A program made the translations under genes and the position numbers. From Nemertoderma westbladi (lineage: Eukaryota; Animalia; Xenacoelomorpha), in NCBI GenBank assembly GCA_032718475.1, contig JAUCBJ010005707.1, positions 1 through 34,698 on the forward strand: a stretch of DNA of 34,698 nt, given 5' to 3'. Shown here one piece after another: positions 12,300 through 24,200 of the stretch. Under the pieces are notes generated by a model, which saw nothing but the letters and a program-made list of their open reading frames with translations, was not told the origin of the DNA and did not search any database. Each line of letters begins with the position of its first letter. The stretch's first letter is position 1.

Positions 12300-13467
12300 T
12301 AGTACTGCATGTAAGTTTAAAACAAAACATAACGCAGATTTGTGACAGCCGATTTCAAATAATGGATTCGATTGCTTACATAAACCGCGTATTTAGACGT
12401 TCTCGTGTTTTTTTAGAAAATACCCACTGACTCTCCTTTCAGGGCACCTTATTACCATCAATTGAAAACAATAATTGTTTCTAGCCCAACAATTATTTCG
12501 CGAACCTACCATTTTGAATATGAGTATTACCTTTGTGTAATACTTGTATAGTATCTCTTCCAGCTTGTACAAAGGTGCACTAATGTTATTATTTGAATTT
12601 GGCCTTTGCGTGATTTGTTGGTACTGTACTGATGGAAAGATTGACTTACAAGGATTCCAAATGTGTCTAAATAAATAGCTAATGACGAAATGTGATGTTG
12701 GAAAATGGGAAATTGTTATGCAGTTATTTGTTTTATGTTTTTATTCTGGAGTGACTTTAATATATAACGTCGCTCATTAAAACATGACATTTTCAAATGC
12801 ATCTCAGCTACCGTATTTTTTAAAGATATTCAGAGCGTTTATAAGATTTGGAATTCTTGTACTGTAAGTCCGTCCTCTTGCTATCAGACGTATCAATCAT
12901 GGAAACAAAGCCACGAATTGCTGCGGTGCCTATTGGTAAGTTATGGAGGAGCCACTTTATCAAAAAGAAAAAGAAAAACATGACAAATATAAAATATTAG
13001 GTCTACAAAAATAAAATATCTAAAAACCTTCAAAATGCTTAGATACAGTATGTATAACATTTATTGTGGTGTTCCTGTAACTGAATTTATAGGATTTAAG
13101 ATTTATGCATGACCAAGTGTCTGCGTGTATTATCGTGCACCTAATGTATTACTAATTAAATACATAACGAGACTAACTAATAATCTACTGTATATGTTTC
13201 CTTCCCCCATGGAATATGTGCGAAATGGTGCTGCTACACTTTACGGTATACACGTAGTGAAAAAGTCCTGAGATAATTTTAAGGATAATGGCGCTTTAGT
13301 GTTTCGTCTATGGTGTCCCATAGGCTAACTACTGTAGTATACCACGTGTGTAAGTTCCACCAATTCCCTATTAATTCCATCCAATCAGCGGTTGCTGACT
13401 CTCAATATGCACCAAAATTTAAAATTTAATGCATTTAGTCTTAACGCCGCAAAAAGTACGTTATAAT

Positions 13468-14128
13468 TAGAGTTTCTGAGAATATTAGAATTTTATTCGA
13501 ATGACTTTTGATTTGATATTCTAATATTGTTAAAGCATTCGAATATTCGAACTCTACTGTATGTATGACTATCAACACGCATATGTGACACCCGCAGAGC
13601 TTCGTCAAATGCAGTCAGCAAGTACCGGTACTGTAGGCCTATACTTTTACTGGTTAAACCCACTCGTGGCAGGCATCACATAAACAAATACTTTTCCGCA
13701 ATGGATTAAATAATTATTGTCTGATTTTTCGATCTGCACTTCCAAGAAATAGTGAAAAGCCTAAAAAAGCATTAATTTTTTTATTTCTACTTTGATTATT
13801 TTCTATTTTTGGAAATGTAAGAAAGTAAATGTATAATAGTATAATACAACATTACGTCAGTAATATCACTCTGGCTGACAATTAAATTAAAAAGAGTAAT
13901 ACAAAATACAAAATACAGTAGAATTATAATTAAAAATGACAAATAGATTTGGCCTAGTTCATCTTAATTAATGAGCTTTAATTTCAGTAATAATTTGGTG
14001 ACGAATATTCGAATATTTTTGTGACGAATAGGCCTATTCGAAAATTTTTGTGACGAATATTCAAATATTTTTAGGACGATTATTCGAATAGGTTTGCTAC
14101 AGTAGGCCTACCATTCTCAGAAACTCTA
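13468..14128. mobile_element. hAT-like MITE (661 bp)
   Basis: Perfect 16-bp TIR tagagtttctgagaat / attctcagaaactcta; perfect 8-bp TSD gttataat (13460-13467, 14129-14136); subterminal cgaatattcg repeats. Confidence 0.88.
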
Positions 14129-14370
14129 GTTATAATTAATATTAAATCGTACAATTTAATGCTTACATTTAATTACAAATTAAAATGTAAATATTGTTTA
14201 ATCATTTACCAATTGTTGGCAAAATATTCCTGGTAATGGCAAAGATTGGTAAATCATATTTTTATGTAAATATTAGGTAGTACAATATAATTTGTAAATC
14301 AACTAAATTTATAAAAATAATTAATTTATCACAATAATCTATGTAATATAAGTTTTATAAGAAGGCAAAA

Positions 14371-14376
14371 TTTATT
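14371..14376 (-). promoter_or_regulatory. Candidate polyadenylation signal of the kinesin gene
   Basis: AATAAA on the minus strand ~145 nt after the TGA stop. Confidence 0.4.
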
Positions 14377-14521
14377 CATCCCAGACTGCATGTTTGGACC
14401 ATCATGGACGGACAGATCGAACATTTAACATTATTGGTGGAGGTTTAGCCAACCCCATTGTAAACCAGGAGCGGGGAATTCAAACTCCACCTGCCAAACC
14501 GGATATAAATTCGTAAATTTT

Positions 14522-15277
14522 TCAGTCGCTTATTAAGGATCTTGTGGTTGAGACATTATTTGAATGGATCATTTGATCGCTTTTGTACTCTGATAAGGAA
14601 CGTCCTTTATTTGACAGACCTGTTAACGAAGATGGGAGTCTCTTATTGGAAGTGGTTTGGAGTTTATGTGGCTGATATTCCGAGCTCATTGATTCCAAAC
14701 TCAACCAATGGGAACTGTTTGCAATTGGACTGGTAACTTTTAGTTTTGGTCGTCTAGGATTGGCAGACGAACCGTCCGTCTTTACTGTGATAAACCGTTC
14801 CATACTGGCCGGTTGGGTCCGCAACTCGGTGGAACTACTGGTACTTCTCTTGTGCGGCCGTTCCGCACATGTACTGCTGGGAATTGTTTGCCGAGTTTGC
14901 TCCAGTGAAGAATTAGTTGAATTCATATTTAACTGTAATTTACCGGGTGATTTCTGTGGCTCTTGAAACTTGGCTACATTTATAGTTTTTTTCGTTTTTA
15001 ACTGAGGTAATTGTTTCCCTTGTATAATATCCGTTTTTACCGTTGCGGCGGTTTCCGAATTCATACTGCACGGCGTATGAACCTCAGTGGCAGCGTGTAC
15101 CGATGTGCCGATACCAGAATCGACAGAAAGTTCGTTTAACTTGTCCGTCGACTCATATAACAGCAGTCTGCGTGTCCGGAATACGACAACGGATCTAACA
15201 ACTTTGGTTATGAGGATCTTTGTTGATTCGGTCGAATCTCGTTTCTTTGAGTTTTCTTTCTCTAATCTTTCGCATTT
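14522..15277 (-). CDS. Khc: Kinesin terminal exon 11, non-canonical low-complexity tail
   Basis: tttag acceptor then KCERLEKEN (compare KHC RCKQLE); open for 251 codons to TGA. Confidence 0.7.
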   Translation of the reverse strand, partial: KCERLEKENSKKRDSTESTKILITKVVRSVVVFRTRRLLLYESTDKLNELSVDSGIGTSVHAATEVHTPCSMNSETAATVKTDIIQGKQLPQLKTKKTINVAKFQEPQKSPGKLQLNMNSTNSSLEQTRQTIPSSTCAERPHKRSTSSSTELRTQPASMERFITVKTDGSSANPRRPKLKVTSPIANSSHWLSLESMSSEYQPHKLQTTSNKRLPSSLTGLSNKGRSLSEYKSDQMIHSNNVSTTRSLISD

Positions 15278-18200
15278 CTAAATATAAATATACAATGTAT
15301 TCAAGAATACTTAAAACTACTGTAGTATATTACAACTTATAAATAATACTGAATTGGTAAGTGAGAGGAACTTTTAGTAGTACTTTAGATTCACAACATT
15401 ATCATCTCCCAAGAATACTGTTTAAAATTCGCATGAATAACAAACCTATAATATTTTACATATTTTTAGCTAAAAAATGAGTCTTGGACCACGGTCTAGA
15501 CTGTATGGTGGCTGTTGGGCTAGGGTCTAGACTGTATGGTGGCTGTTGGGCGAGGGTCTAGACTGTATGGTGGCTGTTGGGCCAGGGTCTAGACTGTATG
15601 GTGGCTGTTGGACCAGGGTCTAGACTGTATGGTGGCTGTTGGGTCAGGGTCTAGACTGTATGGTGGCTATTGGGCCAGGGTCTAGACTGTATGGTGGCTG
15701 TTGGGCCAGGGTCTAGACTGTATGGTGGCTGTTGGGTCAGGGTCTAGACTGTATGGTTGGCTATTGGTCCAGGGTCTAGACTGTATGGTGGCTGTTGGGC
15801 CAGGGTCTAGACTGTATGGTGGCTGTTGGGCCAGGGTCTAGACTGTATGGTGGCTGTTGGACCAGGGTCTAGACTGTATGGTGGCTGTTGGGTCAGGGTC
15901 TAGACTGTATGGTGGCTATTGGGCCAGGGTCTAGACTGTATGGTGGCTGTTGGGCCAGGGTCTAGACTGTATGGTGGCTGTTGGGCCAGGGTCTAGACTG
16001 TATGGTGGCTGTTGGGCCAGGGTCTAGAATGGTATGGTTGCTGCTCAGTGTGGTGGGTGGTTATTTTTTCCTTGAATTTAAACAGTATTAGTTGGATAGA
16101 TAGATTTATTATATATGATTTTATTTAATTTTTATGTAAAAAAGCAAAAACTAGTTAATTAATGTAACACTTAAAAGAATAAATTACTGACTACACAGTA
16201 AAGGTTTAAATACCCGTTAAGTGTGAAACCGAACCTGAACCAAAACAATATCGGCAAAACAATATTTTTTAGTTAACAATCAAATTGGAGGGACATCTAC
16301 AGATTCTACAAAATGTTCTGGACCGATAGCCGCGCAAGGGGGTATGTTAATCAATAGGCCTACCCCCTGTTTGGTGGCCCTCATCATCCCGCAGACCAGA
16401 GCCACTTTGCAATATGTAGGCCTGGTATTACATGTGACGAACACCTCTTGTTCCACATACCTCTGATAATGTTTTAATATCTGTCTTCAACTGATTTATA
16501 TGGAGTCTAGCTTTAGCAAAATCTTCTTCTAGCCGACTTCCGGGTCTAGATTCTGTATCCATAGCAACTGAACTCGTTCCCAAGTCGTTGCTAACAACGT
16601 TTAGGTCCTCCAATAAGGAGTTCATCATTACCTTGACACGATGGCGCTGGTTTCGCGACACACTCTCCCGGTATTTAACTTGTAGTTCTAAAGAATTGAT
16701 TTCCATCTAAAAAATGTAATATAATTTGTGGTATAAAATAGTTTTGCGCGCTCGATATTATTCTGGGTGAGAAATATTTGTCTAATTGTATGTATGTATA
16801 ATGTCCATACAAAAATGATCACAATATAGTGTTTGGCGTCGCAGGTTCGAATCCGACTAAAGACCATAAATTTCGCAGTGCTACTGTATGCCCCTACCCT
16901 AGACAGGACATTTTAGACATTAGTCCTACGCCAACCCAGTGGTATAATGGGAACCTGGCTTTGCTTGGGTAATAATAATAAAAGCGCTTTGAGTATGCCG
17001 AGCGTAGAAAAGTACTATATAAATAATAATAATATTAAATTAGAGACGGAGGGGGGAACTTGACGCCAATCTCATCTCGCTGAATTAATATCTCGTCTCA
17101 TCGTCTCACAATGTTAACTCATCAATTAAGGGAAAGGAGCAGGTTATAATGGCACGTTATTTTAACTAAAACAATAAAATAAAGTCAATAGAACAGGTTA
17201 ACGTTTTATTGTTGGCAGTAATCAGCTGTTATTTGAGTCGATTTTCCCTGGAGATGGTTGAATTTTGATTGCGTCAAAAGGTGAATGATGTACATCGCAA
17301 ATATAATGTGTTCGTTACTCAAATAAAATTATATTGGACATCCAATAATTGTTTTTATGGTGTTAATATTTAATCAGGATGCACATCACCTGGATAGTAC
17401 CGGTACACTACGGTACTGTAGCCAATGGTAACTGTAGGCCTAAGGTTATTTTACAATGTTAAAATAATCGGATTGGCTTGGATGTAACGGCCCGTGGATA
17501 AGGGGACAGATTGTGAATCCTGACTGTGGCGTTCCATGAATATATAATACTTTGCTATGTATAATACTGTATAGTGAACCAAAAGTATTTATAATTAGAA
17601 TGAGTAATTTTACCTCCTTGTTAACCAGTTCTTCTACAAGTTCATCACAAACACGAGTTTTATTTTTTAGGATTTTTTGGTTTTCGTTAAAATTATCGGA
17701 GACAATCTCCAGAGATATCCGGGCATCCGTAACATCCTCGTTAAGAACCTCATTCTCGTCTCGGAGTTGTTCCAATTCTTCCTCTTTGCTTTCAACAATG
17801 GCCGAAGCCTCCAACAAATCCTAATTTCATAAAATTATACCATTATAATTTGTTAAAATACTGATACCTTAAAATTATAATAATTTCAATCTTATTATTT
17901 TTAAATTCTTATATTTAATATCTGATTTCTTACAATCTCATATACAATTATTTTTTAATAATATTTTACACAACATTAAATTAAATACATAATTTATACA
18001 GCAAGCTGCAGTACTACAAACTTACAGTAGTGGGCCCCTAACAATAAGTAGACTCAATGAACTAATAGCTGTGAACAATCTCAGCTTTCTAACTACCATT
18101 TACCAAAAAAAAAACATTTTTCATAAGTTAAAAAGTGCCAGTACTTGTTTATATTGTTGTGGTTATCGATTACATTTTGGTTCTAGACCAATTTAAACGA

Positions 18201-21200
18201 AAGTAAAATTAGATTGTCTTGTAAAACTAAATTACTCCCAGTGCGTTTTTGGCAAACCTTTCCTTTCTTCAACTACATTGTGCTTTCCAGTTGGTCTATA
18301 TTTAAGATTAATAATTGATTAAAAACTCACTTCCTCTTGCTGGCCAACACGTTGCCATAGTTTCGATATAAGTTGTGTTTGAGAAAATATTTCGGTCTGT
18401 TTTCCCTTGACAACTTCCACCATAGCCTTACGTTCCTTAATGAATAAATCAGTCGGGGGAACTTCTCTAACAACAGTGGCGCTTTTAGTCGGTTCAACAA
18501 GCAAACCGTCATCATCAACCGTGTCACGTTTATCAACTGGGAAGAAACAATTATAATGATGAGATTTATAAAATACGCATTTATGTCCTTTATAAAACGT
18601 TTAATTTAACGTAATTTAATGTGTTTAATATCTGTAACTTTTTATGGAAACCAGTGTTAACTTATAATAAAATAAAATTATTATTATGTAGGCAACTTAC
18701 TGTTAAGTAAATAATTATTAGAGTTGCCTAGCAATTTCCTTAGGCGAAAACATTTATCTCTCTCATTTTCGTATCTTTTCTTCCACTGTTCAGCTGTCAA
18801 TTCCTCATTTACTACCACCTAGAAATAGGCCAAAATTATTTAAAAATTATTGCCAATCGGCATCTTACGAATGAGTTGCTGTATATTATATACAGTATAT
18901 ATAATAATATACTCTATGATTCTTAAGTAATACTTTATTTATAACGATAATAACTCCAAGGACACCAGCTTTCTCCATTCCTATTTATTATTGTGGGGCA
19001 CTGTTGGTATATTAGTAAGAATTTTTACTATAAAGACCACAATTGAGTGGTTTAACTTGGTATTCCCCACTGGGGTTAATCTGGAGTTCAGTCGTTCGGG
19101 ATCGTCACTTAGAAAACATCTGCTACCTATGATATTGGATTAAGAAGATCTGTTGATACACGAGACCGCCATATACGAAAGGGTTAAACCATGGTAGTCA
19201 GTAAATAAACTATCCAGGGTTCTTTGTGTATTCAATCCTTTTCTGAAGGTAATATTATTTTGGGCAGCAGTAGTGACTGACTAGCAATAGGGCTGATCCC
19301 TCCTTGGTTCTTACACTTCGTTGTTACTGTTGTATGTATGTAGGGTTATAATATGTTGTATAGTTAAACGTCTAAATTTTATTTTAATCTCATTAACCAC
19401 GGACATCAAAATGTTAACTTTTAGCAGACTCTAAATCATATTTAATTAATAATGATAATAATGGAATAATGATTGAATAATTTCAATTTTGATAACTGGA
19501 TTCTGAAATAATCTTCTAACCTTATTTGTTATGGTCTTGGCTCTTTCTCCAAACAGCATTGTCATCCGGCTCTCTGATTGGTTACACGATGAGGGACTGA
19601 TACAGATTATAATAGTTGTACGGGAATTGCCACCTAACGACTCTTGGAGAATTCTAGTCATTTTAGAATCGCGGTACGGTACATGGGATTTCTATAAAAT
19701 AATAAATTAAGTTATTATTATTATTGGCATCGAATACTTTAATAAAGTTAAATTAAATTGGATATTTTCTTTAAGTTGTACACATTATTTCCCACTAATG
19801 TCAAACAAATTGTTCGAACAAGAAATATAATATTAACTGTATGGAAAGTCACTGTCTAAGTTTTTAGAAATTTATTAAGGAATTTATAAATTCGTAGTCA
19901 TTTAGATCAAAATGTATAATATATTAATTAATTATATTAATACTTACAACTGAGTCACTTAGTGCTGATGTAACGTTAGCCAAGGCGTGCAGTGATTTAT
20001 TTGTAAACTTTGCTTCATCCAAAACGACCCCTTCTGCTCCAGTCTTGGTTACCTTTTCACTTCCCGCCAGATCCACCAAGTAAAGCTTACCGCATAGATT
20101 CTTATGGGTTAACTCATTGCTTTGTTTAACGTTAATAAGACAGATTGCGTGGCTCCTGGAAATATAAATTTTACCACAGTTTGGATTTCTGAGTGCCAGG
20201 CCCTGAGAGTAGGTTACACCAACGGGACTAAAAAATAAAGTAATGTGTACGGTTAACGATTAAAGCTAAAGACCACGGTTTAAACACTGCGAATGCTATA
20301 TTTAGAAGGTACACGTAGCGCTTGTTGTATGATGTACATTGTATGAATGACCAAAGATGTTAAATCCTGTGACAATTACTCAACTGAGTCTGTATCTATT
20401 GAACGGACAAACACTAATGCTTAAAACTATTGATTAAAATGCAAAATATTGACATATTATTTAATTGCCTTATGGCTTATTGTATGCTAAAATATTTCGC
20501 GAAATTAATATTGATGACAATGTATTCGGTAATTTTTTAGATTCCACAGCCGATATTCGACGGCGAATTATCTCACCTTGAGGAATGTTCATTCATATTA
20601 GTGACGGATATGTGACGATTCGCTTTTCCCTCTCTTATGACCTCGAGGAACTCGGATGGGTTGGATATGAACCGCTCGGTAACTCCCTTCACGTAAGGCA
20701 CTCTATTCTTGTCCTCGTGGATGGCGAGATTCGACTTGGACACATCGAGGAGATCCCGTATGCGGTCGAGGTATATCTCGAAGTAGCTCAACTGTAATAT
20801 ATGTTGGACACTAATATTTATTTGTTAACTTATCTTCTGGTTGTTAGAATAGTTTTTTTTAAAAGGTCGTTCGTTGTCTTTACTTAGTATTTAAGCACAA
20901 ATCACTATTATAGAAATTATATATCATATTATATAAAAAATATATTATAGCTTTTGTAGAAGTATATTACCGGTACTTAAAATACAATACATATTATAGA
21001 GAATATCTTGGAATATATTGTCTTTGAAATAGTAGGCCTACTATTATTAATAATAATCATATTTTATTCGTAAACAAACATCTGAGAAATAATAAAAATG
21101 TATAAGTCTAAAGATAATCATATTTGTTTTTGTGTAGCTATATATATATTTATTTATTTATTTATATATATATATATTTTATATATATGAAATATGGATG

Positions 21201-24200
21201 CTAACTCAATCAAGAATATTTGTGTAGTTAAGCTATCACAGACACAAAAACTTATTGATAAGCATTATCTAGTAATATTATGCAATTTACTTGTTTTTAG
21301 TGTTTGTGAACGATCCCATCATAATATAAAGTAGGCTTGCAGATAGGGAGTTGTTGCACAATTGTGTTGCACAACTGTGTTGCACAATTAACAATATTAA
21401 TGATAACAAGTAGAATGAATACATTATGAAATGGTCTACACAAAACTTGGGCAATAAGCTGTATCTGTGACGGTAGAATGGTATTTTTCTATGCTTGTAG
21501 GTGTAGCTCTATTCTATTAGAGATTCTCTGTAGTCATACTATATCTGTAAGTCACTTGGCCAATTGGATGGAACTGAACTGACTTTCCGAATTACACAAT
21601 TAACTTTAGGTGTTTTACTTAACTTTCTGCATTAAAGCTCGCGAATCAGCCGCTAGATAGGCAATCGAGGTCAGGATCTCGAGCAATAATTCTATGTTAA
21701 TATTACCTAAAGAGTTATGAATTCGGTTACCAATTTTTTGTTACAAGAAGAACTAGGGGATTTCGTAGTATCATTACTACTATTACAGAAACGGCACTGA
21801 GCTAATTATAACTGCAATAATGGTCAACCATATATGGGTATAAGGGGGTATAGCAGTGCATATCGTTTTGGATCTGTCTGGCTGGACATTATATAACGCT
21901 AGTTAACAAATACACATAACTGTCTGGCTGGACATTATATAGTTATCAATTACATGTAAGTTAATGGCCTCATAAAATTGGTTTAAGCAGTGAGCTCGGC
22001 ATAGTAGTAGCGGTATATTGATACTATTTAATTAATGCCGGTAGTAAAACTAGTTAAGTTTTATGGCTTGAAAATGTATAAGTATAAAACAAGACAGGAC
22101 CAGGTAGGATATTTCTATGGAATCCGGTACGTAACATAAAAACAAAAGCGGTCGGGGTCTGATGCATATTTAAAGCAGATGGATATTTGCGGGGGGGGGG
22201 GGGGGGACTGGACCCAATAAAAATTCAACCCTCTCCAGAGGAAATTGGACGCAAATATCAGCTGATTATTCTCAAAAATAAAACTGTAACCTGTTATATT
22301 GTGATTAGTTTATTGATTTGGTTAAATAACGTGCCACTGTAACCTGCTCCTTTCCCTAAATTGATAATTTAACATTGAGGCGGGATATTAATTCGCCAAG
22401 ATGGGATTTGAGTCCAGTTTCCCCCTCTTTTAAGACAGTTAATAGTAGTAAAATGTGGAAAATGTTAACATATTATTAATTAAAGCGAAATTGAATTTAA
22501 AGCGATATACTACATATGATTTTTACTTTTTTTACGGTCATTTAGTACCTGGTCCTACAATTCACCCTTATCGACGTACACGACAGAATCATTCAGAATT
22601 TATATTTTTGCTTACAAACTTTCGCTGTAAGTGTTTGAGAAAAATCCTCTCTCTTGTGGTGATTTATTGTTAGGGATAGCAAGTTGGTAGCGTTTCGAAG
22701 AGCGCTCTGAAAATAAACTTTAATGTCGTTAGTATATAGCTGAGGTTTGGGGCAGGCTATTTATAGATGTTCACACATTCTGGAATAGTATAAATGCTTT
22801 GCTTCAGAATATTCAGCAAATGAAAATAGCTTTGCGTTGGTAGTAAAATATAGATCTACCGAAAGCCGAAATGTTTCATAATGGATTCCTTGCAACGCCA
22901 CCTAGCGATCGTAATTTATGTTAAAATATCTCTCATTAGTTCTATAAAGCTTTACATCTGTACAGAGTCGCTTCCGCTTTGCAGTGCATTTCTTTCGTCG
23001 TGAGTACGAGCCATTGCACATCATATAAATAAATAGGCGGCGTTTTCTGCGGCAGTCAGCAATGCTGAAACGAAAACTACCATGGATGGCCCCCATTCGG
23101 GGATCGAACCCTCGACCTCTAGAGATATGTCAATTCCATGCAACGGATTTAACCACCACGCCACGGGGTGACTCAATTGGATTATCTTCAGTAAGTCTTA
23201 TGAAATGCAATTGTGTCGACAAGCAAGCCGACATAGCATTCTCAATTCAGCTTCGCTGCAGCATGTCGATCATACATATATGTAAAATAAACGTTGTACA
23301 GTCCTGCTATTTCAGAAGCAAGCCGGCTGCAGCTAATTCACTCTAATCACCTGTATGTATGGCTTAAATATTTTTTAAAGGACAATGAATTATTTAACCC
23401 TATTAGTACCGGGCTATAAAATGTTGTACAAATACCGGGGGGGGGGGGGGGGGTCATATTGACCCCTCCCCCCCCTCTAAAATCTACAAATATTTACGAA
23501 AACGTCTGATTTCTTGGTTGTACGTAGGTATCACTTGTCTGGATCCGACCGAAAAAAAATTTTCGAAAAAATGTACTGGGGTGGTTATATTGCAGCACCA
23601 AAATTACAAGTAGTTCACAATTTTCACAAAATTTTAAAGTTACATTTTCGGCTAATTATTTTTCAATACAGGTTTTATGGGGTGCAAAATACATTGGAAA
23701 ATATTTAAAAATGATATGATTACTATAAATGGCTGTTTAGTCCTCTCTGCGTAGAAAAAAAATGAAAAAAACAAGTAACCAGCACTTTTCAGTTAGAACA
23801 CAAAATTTTTAATTCACTTATACGATGCTATAAATTCACATTTTCAGGTTTTCGAGGGCGCTGATTCTAATGGAATACATTTCTAATATGCCACCAGATC
23901 ATTGCTACTTGTATTTTTCGGCGTAATTTGGCAAATTTTGGTGCTAGCACCAAATTTTGTACCCATCACCAAAAAGTACAAGTTTGCGATGTCCAGTGCT
24001 TTTTTTATTGATTCCATCTGATTCAGAACCCTCATAAACCCGTATAACGCAAGAAACAAGGTGATACTATCTACTGATCAATTTGCATATTTTCCAAAAT
24101 TTGGTGCTGGCACAACAATTTTCACCCACCGGCGAAAAATACAAGTTTGAGAACTCTTATGAAATTTTTACTGATTCCATCGAATTCAGAACCCGCACAA

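Noticed and set aside
15493-16040. CRISPR-like array
   Set aside because: Units are contiguous with no unique spacers; eukaryotic intron; no cas genes.
23089-23170. Functional tRNA gene
   Set aside because: Acceptor and T stems mismatched and no proper anticodon arm.
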